In this document: positions 1 to 8,888 of the stretch, one piece after another
How the letters are laid out: every line of letters begins with the position of its first letter
Numbering within the stretch: the stretch's first letter is position 1
Origin: Marinobacterium sp.
Lineage (GTDB): Bacteria; Pseudomonadota; Gammaproteobacteria; Pseudomonadales; Balneatricaceae
Assembly (NCBI GenBank): GCA_003250495.1
Contig: QKGH01000353.1
Location: forward strand, 1 to 59,626
DNA: 59,626 bases
Direction: 5' to 3'
Program-made: the position numbers and the translations under genes
Notes under the pieces: generated by a model
The model's input: the letters and a program-made list of their open reading frames with translations, nothing else
Told to the model about the DNA's origin: nothing
Databases searched by the model: none

Positions 1-1115
1 GGCCAGTACCAGCGCCTGCTGCAGCGCCGGCTCGGCGCAGGGCAGCGGCAGGCGCGCCAGGATCGGCAGATCGCGCAGCGGCAGCAACGAGCTGTCGGGC
101 AGATAGAGGCTGCTGCCGGAGATATCGCAGCTGTGCAGGGTCAGCCCCATCACCGTCGCCCGTCCCGCCGTTTCCGGGCGCACCGCCAGCGAGCGTGACA
201 ATCGCGGCGAGGCAACGATCGCCTGCGCCAGGTCGACGCCCAGATCGCCGAAACAGGTGGTCGCGGGCCAGGGCTCGCCGGCCTGATGGCGGTAGATCAG
301 CTCGCCGACACCACCGGAAAAGGTCACCAGCGGCGCCTCGAGCGGCGGTGGTCGAAAGGCGACCTGCTCGAAGGCGCGATGCGGCGCCCGTGCAAACCAG
401 TCGCTGTGCGGATCGAGCAGCGCTTCGAGCCCTTGCACCATCCAGCCGACGATTCGTGCGATTTCGCCAACGTCCAGGACGTCGCCCGGCTGGGCATCGA
501 TACCGAGCAGCGCCAGCAGCCGCTGACCGAACTCCGACCCGCCGACGAGACGGTAGCCGCCGGGCTCGAAGCGCAGATGGCGGGCGCCGATATAGTGACA
601 GCCGCACAGCGACACGGCGCCATTCAGCCCCAGCGCCGGGTTGGTGGTACCGCCGCCGATATCAAAATTGATCACCGCCGTCTGCGCCCGCGCGCGGCTC
701 AGCGTGGCACAGTTGCCCATGAACGCGAGCCAGGACTCCAGCCGCGGATCGTCCGCCGCGGCGATCAGGCTGTCGCCGACCCGCTCGCTTATCACTCGGG
801 TCAGCGCCGCGGCGTTATCGCTGCGCGCCGCCAGCCCGGTGATCAGTGCCGCTCCGGCGAAGGCCGGGCTCCGTTGCAGATCGCAGTCGGCCAGCCAGCC
901 ATTGATCAGTTCGACCAGCCGCTGTGGATCCAGCCGACCTGCGTCGAACGGGGTAAACACCGGCTCGCTGCGCGCCAGGATCTGCGGCTCGGAAAAGCCC
1001 ATCCGCCCGCTGACCCCACCTCGGCCAGCACCATGCTGGAGGTGGTGGAGCCGAAATCGAGCCCGAGCAGGCGAACCCGTTGCGCCGAGGCTGAGGAGGG
1101 ATGCGCGAGGGTCAC
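1..1115 (-). pseudogene. eutA: Ethanolamine ammonia-lyase reactivating factor EutA, frameshifted at ~1014-1017; the 3' end runs off the window
   Basis: The N-terminus from GTG 1115 reads RVRLLGLDFGSTTSSMVLAEV and stops at 906. A different frame is open from ~1017 to base 1 and, translated by hand, reads RSEPVFTPF...ALITGLAARSDNA...VGDSLIAAADDPRLESWLA...INFDIGGGTTN...TFSGGVGE...FGDLG...RATVMG, matching EutA motifs. Confidence 0.75.
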
Positions 1116-1173
1116 AACGCCGGAGTGCTCCTATGCGGGATGGATTGTGAAAGTTAATTTCTTAAAAAGAATA

Positions 1174-1190
1174 TTCAAGAACTGCGCCAG
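1174..1190 (-). promoter_or_regulatory. Candidate sigma54 (-24/-12) promoter of eutA
   Basis: Minus strand CTGGCGCAGTTCTTGAA has correct GG to G spacing, but the -12 element is TTGA rather than TTGC. An AT-rich tract lies downstream. Confidence 0.4.
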
Positions 1191-1441
1191 TCCCCGGCCG
1201 ATACCGTTGAGGCCCGGTCGGCGGATGACAGCGGAAGCCGCAAGTGATTGAGCTGCAAACGATGACGGCAACCAAGCCGGGTTGGCTCACACGCCGTGCC
1301 CAGGGCGTCAGGGAAAAGTTCCAACGGGATGATAGCGGGAGCCGCCTGTTGATAGTGCAGGCCTGCACAGCGGGCGGGCAAACGCCAGGGTAGCGGGGAG
1401 GCGCCCGCCCCGGTTGCGGGGCAGGCGGGGATCAGCGGGAC

Positions 1442-2521
1442 TTACTGCTGGGGAGCCACACTATCCAGATAGGCTTTATCGGAGATGTTGGTCCACTTGC
1501 GTACCTTGGTCAGGTAGGCGCGCTGGGAGTCGATGATCTCCTTGACCAGCGGATCCTTGGCGGCTTCCTGGTCCAGCAGCTTCTCGGTGGCCTGACGCAG
1601 TGCATTGATCACCTCCGGCGGGAAGGTTTTATGCTCTACGCTCGGGTACTCCTCTTTCATCTTGTCCCAGGCGCTGGCGTTCATGTCCATGCTCTGCGCA
1701 TACATATCGTAGGCGGCGGTGCGCATGGCGACGCGCAGGATCTCCTGCAGGTCTTCCGGCAGTTTCTCCCAGCTCTTCTGGTTGATCAGGAACTGCACCT
1801 CGGCGGCCGGTTCCTGCCAGCCGGAGTAGTAGTAGGGCGCGATACGGTGGAAGCCCAGCGGCAGGTCCAGCGCCGGACCGACCCACTCCAGCGCGTCGAT
1901 AGTGCCGCGCTCCAGCGAGGTATACAGCTCGCCCGGGGCGATGTTGGTTACCGCCACGCCCAGCTCCGCCATCACTTCGCCGGCGAAGCCCGGGGTGCGC
2001 ATCTTCAGCCCTTTCAGGTCGTCGACGCTGTTGATCTCCTTGCTGAACCAGCCACCCATCTGGTTGCCGGTGTTACCGCCTGGGAAGGAGAGCACGCCAT
2101 AGGGCGCGTAGGCCTTCTCCATCAGCTCCAGACCGCCGCCGTAGTAGAACCAGCCGTACTGCTCCGGCGCGATCATGCCGAAGGGTACGGTGGTGAAGTA
2201 CATGGCACTGGGGATCTTGCCCTTGTAGTAGTAGGAGGCGGTGTGACCCATGTCGTACTGACCGGCCTTCACCATGTCGAAGATGCCGAACGGTGCCTTG
2301 TGCTTGTTGGAGGAGTCGATACGGATCCGCAGACGGCCGCCGGACATCTTCTCCGCCATCGCCGCCATGTGGCGGGTGGTGTCGCCGAGGATCGGGGAGT
2401 TGGGGCCCCAGGTCTCCGCGAGCTTCAGGGTATAGGTTTCTGCCAGCGCGGGCAGGCTGAGGAGCGACAGCAACGCGGCGAGCGCCACGGCCGGCTTGAG
2501 CAGGGTAAAGCGAGTTTTCAT
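1442..2521 (-). CDS. TRAP transporter substrate-binding protein (DctP/TakP family)
   Basis: Signal peptide MKTRFTLLKPAVALAALLSLLSLPALA; motifs GNTGNQMGGWF, DLKGLKMR, LERGTIDALEWVGP. Start placed at ATG 2521. Confidence 0.9.
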   Translation of the reverse strand: MKTRFTLLKPAVALAALLSLLSLPALAETYTLKLAETWGPNSPILGDTTRHMAAMAEKMSGGRLRIRIDSSNKHKAPFGIFDMVKAGQYDMGHTASYYYKGKIPSAMYFTTVPFGMIAPEQYGWFYYGGGLELMEKAYAPYGVLSFPGGNTGNQMGGWFSKEINSVDDLKGLKMRTPGFAGEVMAELGVAVTNIAPGELYTSLERGTIDALEWVGPALDLPLGFHRIAPYYYSGWQEPAAEVQFLINQKSWEKLPEDLQEILRVAMRTAAYDMYAQSMDMNASAWDKMKEEYPSVEHKTFPPEVINALRQATEKLLDQEAAKDPLVKEIIDSQRAYLTKVRKWTNISDKAYLDSVAPQQ

Positions 2522-2846
2522 GATGCTTGAACCAGTGGTCGTGATTGTTGCAGAAATAAACAGGTGCGAAATAGTAGCGCGTGACGGGCCGCCGCAAAAG
2601 TGCAAAAAACATACTGCGGCCGAGCGAACGCCGCAGAACCCGCCCGTTGCGCCCTGCGACAGAACAGCGGGCCGCCCCGCATCACGCCCATCGTCGCTGC
2701 CGATTTGTTGTCCTGGATCAGAAAAAGCAGCCTTTTTATATATTAGCCATATCTAATGTTATATCTAATCAGTATCTTATTGTTGACTATACTGGGTGTC
2801 CCGACACCGATCGGCAGCCCACGACTCGCTGGGGGCTACGCTTGCG

Positions 2847-2865
2847 CTCTCAGGATGAGAGGAGG
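2847..2865 (+). promoter_or_regulatory. CsrA/RsmA-type GGA hairpin adjoining the RBS of the octaheme cytochrome gene
   Basis: Perfect hairpin CTCTCA-GGA-TGAGAG (2847-2861) containing CAGGAUG, directly followed by SD GGAGG (2861-2865) and ATG 2872. Confidence 0.55.
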
Positions 2866-2871
2866 TACTCG

Positions 2872-4482
2872 ATGGAACAAGCCGCACGCATCATCCCGCT
2901 CTACCTGCTGCTACTGATACTGGCCAGTGCCGCCCGGATTTCCGGTGCTACGACACAGGACCTGGCACCGGGGACGACGGCCGACCACGCTCGCTTCGAA
3001 AGCCTGCAGGGACCGTTCAGTAGCGGTCCGCAGGTTACCGAAGCCTGCCTCGCCTGTCATACCGAGGCCGCCAAGCAACTGCAACAGACCCTGCACTGGA
3101 CCTGGGAGTACAACCACCCGCAGACCGGACAACTGTTGGGTAAACGCCATGTCATCAACAGCTTCTGCGGCTCGGTGACGTCGAACGAGCCGCGTTGCAC
3201 CAGTTGCCATACCGGCTATGGCTGGACCGATATGAACCAGCCGCCGCCCAGCACAGAGAGCAGTGTCGACTGTCTGGTCTGCCACGACACCACCGGCGAG
3301 TACTGGAAGATCGCCACCGGCGCCGGCCACCCGATCTACCAGCCGATGGAACTGCCCAAGGGCAGCGGCAAGATCGTGCAACCGCCCGATCTCGCGGCCA
3401 TCGCGCGCCAGGTCGGCAGCAGCGGCCGGCAGAACTGCGGCAGTTGCCACTTCAACGGCGGCGGCGCCGACGGCGTCAAGCATGGTGACCTCGACTCCTC
3501 GCTGGTCGACCCGCCGCGCAGCCTCGACGTGCATATGTCGCCGCAGGGCGCCAACCTCAGCTGTGCCGACTGCCACACCACCACCGCACACAGCGTGGCC
3601 GGCAGCCGCTACCTGATCGACGCCCGCGATACCAGCGGGATCGATATCCCGGGGCACACCGATATGAGCCGCGCCTCCTGCGAATCCTGCCACGGCATGG
3701 CGCCGCACAGCGAGGCGAAGCTCAACGATCATGTCGACAAGGTGGCGTGCCAGAGCTGTCATATCCCCGAATTCGCCCGCGGCGGGATCGCCACCAAGGT
3801 CTGGTGGGACTGGTCCAGCGCCGGCCAGCTGGATGCGCAGGGCAAGCCGATGCAGCTGTTCGACGAGCATGGCCACGTGAAGTACCTGAGCACCAAGGGC
3901 AGCTTCAAACATGCCGAAAACGTCGTCCCCGAATACCGCTGGTTCGACGGCCAGGTGCGTTACACGCTGAAAGAGGAGAAGCTGGACGCCAGCCGGCAGC
4001 CGATCCAGATCAACAAGATTCAGGGCAGTTACAACGACCCGAACGCCCGTATCTGGCCGTTCAAGATCATGCGCGGCAAGCAGCCCTACGATCTGGTCAA
4101 CAAGACCCTGCTGGTGACCCATGTGTTCAGCCCGGACGACGACACCGCGCTATGGACCAACTTCAACTGGGAGAAAGCGCTGCAAGCCGGTACCGCGGCG
4201 GCGGGACAGCCGTTCAGCGGCCAGTTCGACTTCGTGACCACGGAGATGTACTGGCCCCTGGCGCACATGGTCGCACCGGCCGAAAACGCACTGGAGTGCA
4301 GTGCCTGCCACGCCCGTGACGGCCGCCTGGCCGGCGTCGGCGGCTTCTACCTGCCCAGCCGCGATCGCAACTTCTGGCTGGATACCCTCGGTTGGTCCGC
4401 CGTATTCCTGGTTGCCGCCGGCAGTGCGGCCCACGCCGGTGCCCGCATCTTCGTATTTCTGCGCAGGAGGAGAAAATCATGA
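2872..4482 (+). CDS. Octaheme c-type cytochrome, tetrathionate reductase (OTR) family
   Basis: Eight CxxCH motifs (CLACH, CTSCH, CLVCH, CGSCH, CADCH, CESCH, CQSCH, CSACH), OTR-type segments HWTW...LLGKRHVINSFC and GGGADGVKHGDLDSSL, a signal peptide and a C-terminal hydrophobic anchor. Confidence 0.9.
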   Translation: MEQAARIIPLYLLLLILASAARISGATTQDLAPGTTADHARFESLQGPFSSGPQVTEACLACHTEAAKQLQQTLHWTWEYNHPQTGQLLGKRHVINSFCGSVTSNEPRCTSCHTGYGWTDMNQPPPSTESSVDCLVCHDTTGEYWKIATGAGHPIYQPMELPKGSGKIVQPPDLAAIARQVGSSGRQNCGSCHFNGGGADGVKHGDLDSSLVDPPRSLDVHMSPQGANLSCADCHTTTAHSVAGSRYLIDARDTSGIDIPGHTDMSRASCESCHGMAPHSEAKLNDHVDKVACQSCHIPEFARGGIATKVWWDWSSAGQLDAQGKPMQLFDEHGHVKYLSTKGSFKHAENVVPEYRWFDGQVRYTLKEEKLDASRQPIQINKIQGSYNDPNARIWPFKIMRGKQPYDLVNKTLLVTHVFSPDDDTALWTNFNWEKALQAGTAAAGQPFSGQFDFVTTEMYWPLAHMVAPAENALECSACHARDGRLAGVGGFYLPSRDRNFWLDTLGWSAVFLVAAGSAAHAGARIFVFLRRRRKS

Positions 4483-5096
4483 AGGGTGAAATGGTATTCA
4501 AACGGTTCGAGCGCTTCTGGCACTGGTCGCAGGCGGCACTGATCTTCTTCCTGCTGACCACCGGGTTCGAGGTACACGGCAGCTACACCCTGTTCGGCTT
4601 CGGCCGCGCCGCGCAACTGCACACGCTGGCCGCCTACCTGCTGCTCGGCCTGTGGGTGCTGGCGATCTTCTGGCACTTCACCACCGGCGAATGGCGTCAG
4701 TACCTGCCGACCACCGAAAAGCTGGGCGCGGTCATCCACTACTACCTGGTGGGGACCTTTACCGGCGCATCCCACCCTTTCCGTAAAACCACCCTGGCCA
4801 AACACAACCCGCTGCAACGGCTGGCCTACCTCTGGTTCAAGCTGATGATCTCACCGCTGATCTGGAGCTCCGGTCTGCTGTACCTGTTCTTCAACGACTG
4901 GAACAGCTGGCTGCCCTGGCTGCCGCTGGAGTGGGTTGCCCTGGTACACACCGCCGCCGCCTTCCTGATGCTGATCTTCATCATCGCGCATGTTTACATG
5001 GCGACCATGGGCAAGACGGTATTCAGCCTCATCAAGCCGATGATCACCGGCTATGAAGAGGAGGAGAAAGAGCGCGCGAGCGCGGCGGTCGAGTAA
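4479..5096 (+). CDS. Cytochrome b/b6-domain membrane protein (PhsC/Ni-hydrogenase cytochrome b-like)
   Basis: ERFWHWSQA, KHNPLQRLAY and HT...HVYM heme-ligand His pattern with 4 TM segments; ATGA overlap with the upstream gene. Confidence 0.85.
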   Translation: MKGEMVFKRFERFWHWSQAALIFFLLTTGFEVHGSYTLFGFGRAAQLHTLAAYLLLGLWVLAIFWHFTTGEWRQYLPTTEKLGAVIHYYLVGTFTGASHPFRKTTLAKHNPLQRLAYLWFKLMISPLIWSSGLLYLFFNDWNSWLPWLPLEWVALVHTAAAFLMLIFIIAHVYMATMGKTVFSLIKPMITGYEEEEKERASAAVE

Positions 5097-5116
5097 ACGC
5101 CCAAAGGAGGCACAAA

Positions 5117-5443
5117 ATGATCATTGCAGTCACCAGTCAAAACCGGAAAACCGTGACCGAGCACGCCAGCCGCTGCCGGAAATTCTGGTTGTTCACCGTG
5201 CAACAGCAGCAGGTCACCGGCAAGGAGCTGCTCGAGCTGCCGAAGGAGATGTCGTTACGCGAGAGCGGATGCGACGCCGCACACCCGTTGGACACTATCG
5301 ATGTGCTGCTCAGCGCCGGGATGGGCGAGCGGCTCCAGCAGCGCCTGGCGCGTAAGGGGATCCGGGCGCTGACCACGACGGAAACCGATCCCGACCAGGC
5401 CGTGAGCCGCTATCTGGCCGCCGGCGACGAAGAGCTCCACTGA
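5117..5443 (+). CDS. NifB/NifX family (dinitrogenase FeMo-cofactor domain) protein
   Basis: IAVTSQN...VTEHASRCRKF, DVLLSAGMGE...LARKGI pattern; SD AGGAGG. Confidence 0.75.
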   Translation: MIIAVTSQNRKTVTEHASRCRKFWLFTVQQQQVTGKELLELPKEMSLRESGCDAAHPLDTIDVLLSAGMGERLQQRLARKGIRALTTTETDPDQAVSRYLAAGDEELH

Positions 5444-5525
5444 CACGCCCCGCCCTGCGGCGCCCTGGCAAGGCAGCAGGCAGCGCGCGGCCGGAGAGCG
5501 ATGCTGCATCCGGCCGCCGCAGCGC

Positions 5526-8333
5526 TCAAATCTGGTATTCGACGGCGGCCTTGCCCGCCCCGAGCCGTTCCTTCACCTGCGCCAGCGGCATCGGCTTACC
5601 GAGTAGATAACCCTGAATCCGCGGTTCGCCGATGGTCTGCAGCATCGCCTGCTGCTCCCGGGTCTCCACCCCTTCGGCCACTGCGTCGATCGCCATGGTT
5701 TGTGACAGCCCCAGGGTGAATTTGACGATATTGAGGCTGTCCTGGTCGTCCAGCATCGTGGCGATGAACGAGCGATCCACCTTGATCTCGTTGGGCCGGA
5801 ACTTCTGGATGTAGTGCAGGCTGGCGTAGCCGGTGCCGAAATCGTCGATGGAGATATTGAACCCCTCGTCGCGCAGGCGGGTCAGCGTTTGCGTCGCCTG
5901 CTCCTCATTGTCGATGATGGCCGACTCCGTCACCTCCAGAATCAGCGCCGAATGCGCGATGCCGTAGCGGCTGGCCGTGGCACAGAGGTGGTCGCACAGC
6001 TCCTGATCCTGCAGTTGCAGTGCCGAGATGTTGATCGACATCGTAACCGGTTCCGCCGCATCGCGGTTCAGCTCGACATGCGCGGCGCAGGCGCTGTCGA
6101 TCACCCAGCGCCCGATCGGATAGATCATGCCGGTCTTCTCCGCCACCGGGATGAACTCGGCCGGGCTGACCCGCCCCAGCTCCGGGTGATTCCAGCGAAT
6201 CAGCGCCTCCACCCCGAGGATCCGGCTGCCGCTGTAGTCGAATTGCGGCTGATACAGCAGCTCGAACTCGTCCAACCCGGATTCGACGCTGCGCCGGAGC
6301 AACGCGTCGTAGCGCATGAAGCGCTCCACTTTGTCGTTCATCGAATGTTCGTAGAAGCGGTAGCGGTTGCTGCCCTCGCGCTTCGCCTCGTACATTGCCA
6401 CATCGGCAAAACGCAGCAGGCTCGCCCCCTCCACGCCATCGGTCGGGAACATGGCGATACCGCAGCTCAAACCGATATGGTATTTCTGCCCGTCGATCAG
6501 ATAGGGCTCGTCGGTGGTCGCAATCAACCGGTTGGCCAGCTCGGCCGCGGTGTAGTTATCACTATTCGGCGCCAGCACCACGAACTCGTCACCGCCCCAG
6601 CGCGCCAAGGTCTGCTGTTCGCCGATCTGCTGCCGGAAACGCTTCGCCACCTCCTCCAGCACCCGGTCGCCGGCGGGGTGTCCCAGGGTATCGTTGATGT
6701 TCTTGAACAGGTCCAGGTCGACGAACAGCAACGCGACGCTCTGCTCGTTCTTCTCCGCCGTGGCGATCGCGTTATCGAGCTGGCTCTGCAGCAGGTGACG
6801 GTTGGGCAGATGGGTCAGCAGGTCATAGTTGGCCAGGTGGACCAGGCGCTCCTCATACCCCTTTTTCTCGGTAATATCGTCGAACATGGCGATATAGTGG
6901 CAGACTTCGCCCTCGTTGTTACGCAGGGTATTGATCGTCAACCACTCCGGATAGATGTTCCCGGCCCGGTTCCGGTTCCAGATCTCTCCGCGCCAGAAAC
7001 CGTAGTTATGCAGGCTGTCGTCCATCCGGTCATAGAAGGCCCGGTCGTGCCGGCCCGAACGCAGCAGCGACGGCTTTTGCCCGATCGCCTCCTCCGCCTC
7101 GAACCCGGTCACATGGGTAAACGCGCGGTTGACGCGGACGATCGTGCGCTCGCCATCGGTGACCATGATCCCCTGGCCGCTTTCGCTGAACATCCGCTCC
7201 GCCAGGCGCAGCTCCTCGTTCTTGTCCTGCAGCGACGCCACCAGGCTGGTCAGCGAGCGGGCAAACACGGCGATTTCGCCGTTGCCCTTCAGGTCCGGAA
7301 TCGGCATGGAGAGATCGTCGTTACGGATGCGATCGGCAACCGCCGCGATATTCTCGAGCGGGCGCAGACTGCGCTGCAGGATGAACCAGAGCACGAAGGC
7401 AAACAGCAGCACCGCGACCCCGCCCACCGCCAATATCGTCTCGGTGAGCTCAAGCGCCGGCGCGAACGCGATATCGGCGGGTTTGCGGGCAATCACCGAC
7501 CACCCCATCCCCCGGTAGTTGCGGAATCCGGATTCGGCTACCAGCTCGGTCAAATAGCGTCGCCCATCCGGCCACTGCACGACATAGGGATGGTCGCCGT
7601 GGGACGCCGCCTGCTGCTGTGCGATCAAACCGCTGAGGTCCACCGCCAGCGACGGTAGTGCCGGCGTCCCCATCAATACCTTGCCGGCCTCGTTCAGGAC
7701 CAGCAGATCGATGTTGGGGTCGTTCAGCTCATGCATCATCCGCTGCCGGGCCTCGAACGCCCAGTCCAGGCTCAGGTGTCCACAGATAACGCCGATCAGC
7801 TTGCCCTGGGCATCCACAACCGGTGCCGAGACATCCACCAGACGCAGCGGCAGATCGTCCCATTTCGGCTTCGGCATGATCTTGGCCAGCAAAAACGCAT
7901 CATGGGCATCGCCGAAGTGCAGACCCCGGCTACCCTCCAGGAACCACTCCCGCTTGGCGACGCTCTTCCCCACCAGCAGGTCGTCGGTACCGATCAGAAT
8001 AGTGCCCTCGGCATCGGTCATGCCGATCCAGGCGTAGAAGGGATGGTTGGCCTTGACCTGTTCCAGCAGCGCCTTTTTCTCCGCCAGCGGGACCCCAGGA
8101 TCCTTGATGCGCTGCAGATTGGTCAGGAAGGTGATCTCATTGGCCCGGGTGCTCATATCCTGGCTCAAGCGGCTCGCCATCCGCCCCGCGGTATTGCGCA
8201 GGATGGTGCCCTGATCGCGCTCGATCTGCGCGCGACTCAGGCCGGATGAGATCTGGCTCAGCACCAACGCACTGACCAGCGCCATCAGCGCGATGATGAC
8301 CACCAAACGGAACTTCAAACTGGAGGGTTTCAC
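5526..8333 (-). CDS. Membrane-bound Cache-HAMP-PAS-GGDEF-EAL diguanylate cyclase/phosphodiesterase
   Basis: Two TM segments flank a periplasmic domain, followed by HAMP, PAS (VNRAFTHVTGF...WRGEIWNRNRAG), intact WGGDEF, VEALIRW and IDDFGTGY. Start uncertain (GTG 8333 or TTG 8369). Confidence 0.9.
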   Translation of the reverse strand: MKPSSLKFRLVVIIALMALVSALVLSQISSGLSRAQIERDQGTILRNTAGRMASRLSQDMSTRANEITFLTNLQRIKDPGVPLAEKKALLEQVKANHPFYAWIGMTDAEGTILIGTDDLLVGKSVAKREWFLEGSRGLHFGDAHDAFLLAKIMPKPKWDDLPLRLVDVSAPVVDAQGKLIGVICGHLSLDWAFEARQRMMHELNDPNIDLLVLNEAGKVLMGTPALPSLAVDLSGLIAQQQAASHGDHPYVVQWPDGRRYLTELVAESGFRNYRGMGWSVIARKPADIAFAPALELTETILAVGGVAVLLFAFVLWFILQRSLRPLENIAAVADRIRNDDLSMPIPDLKGNGEIAVFARSLTSLVASLQDKNEELRLAERMFSESGQGIMVTDGERTIVRVNRAFTHVTGFEAEEAIGQKPSLLRSGRHDRAFYDRMDDSLHNYGFWRGEIWNRNRAGNIYPEWLTINTLRNNEGEVCHYIAMFDDITEKKGYEERLVHLANYDLLTHLPNRHLLQSQLDNAIATAEKNEQSVALLFVDLDLFKNINDTLGHPAGDRVLEEVAKRFRQQIGEQQTLARWGGDEFVVLAPNSDNYTAAELANRLIATTDEPYLIDGQKYHIGLSCGIAMFPTDGVEGASLLRFADVAMYEAKREGSNRYRFYEHSMNDKVERFMRYDALLRRSVESGLDEFELLYQPQFDYSGSRILGVEALIRWNHPELGRVSPAEFIPVAEKTGMIYPIGRWVIDSACAAHVELNRDAAEPVTMSINISALQLQDQELCDHLCATASRYGIAHSALILEVTESAIIDNEEQATQTLTRLRDEGFNISIDDFGTGYASLHYIQKFRPNEIKVDRSFIATMLDDQDSLNIVKFTLGLSQTMAIDAVAEGVETREQQAMLQTIGEPRIQGYLLGKPMPLAQVKERLGAGKAAVEYQI

Positions 8334-8673
8334 GTCATTCCCCACTAAAACCGGACTTTGCGACTGCAAACTGCAATAGGCGGCTTACCGTGCAGAACTG
8401 GCCGCGTATGGCAACGGAAACTACCATCAAACCGCCCCGGCGCATAAGATACAAATCAATTGAATGAATGAAATGCAGCACCAGCGCCTGGGTCACCGAG
8501 GCAAAGCCCCACGGAGGCATCACAACAACGTCCCGGTCATCAGTTGGACAGGCCGGCTGCAACAAACAGCGGCCCCGCGGTAGCCGCACGTAGTGTATAA
8601 CTGCGCGCACGAATGCAGCGGGATGGACCGACAATCGATAAGGAAATCAACGACAAAAGGGATAACGAAAAGA

Positions 8674-8750
8674 TGGCGCGCCCGGAGGGATTCGAACCCC
8701 CGACCAACAGGATCGGAACCTGCTACTCTATCCAGCTGAGCTACGGGCGC
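8674..8750 (-). tRNA. tRNA-Arg (anticodon CCG)
   Basis: GCGCCCG TA GCTC AGCTGGATA GAGT A GCAGG TTCCGAT CCTGT TGGTC GGGGG TTCGAAT CCCTC CGGGCGC GCCA: a 77 nt cloverleaf with encoded CCA. Confidence 0.95.
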
Positions 8751-8775
8751 GCAAAGGAAGTGTTTGCGGAGCGCA

Positions 8776-8803
8776 ATGTTACTGATCTGGGCACGCTTTG
8801 CAA
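8776..8803 (-). promoter_or_regulatory. sigma70 promoter of tRNA-Arg
   Basis: TTGCAA-N16-TAACAT followed by a GC-rich discriminator (tgcgctcc), typical of stable-RNA promoters. Confidence 0.55.
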
Positions 8804-8888
8804 GCGGGATTTCCACATCTGCAGATGCTGGACGGGGTTCACGGCCGGCAATACTATTAAGCCGATCTAATAATGAGCAGATACCGAA

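Noticed and set aside
195-1251. Long plus-strand ORFs (195-671, 286-1251, 641-1150)
   Set aside because: Antisense shadows of the minus-strand eutA frame in GC-rich DNA; no recognisable motifs.
2708-2721. Possible FNR box TTGTC-N4-ATCAG upstream of the octaheme operon
   Set aside because: Three mismatches to TTGAT-N4-ATCAA; too weak to call.
8370-8600. c-di-GMP riboswitch upstream of the GGDEF-EAL gene
   Set aside because: No GEMM core (GGCAAACC...GAAA...GGACGCAAAGC) on the coding strand.
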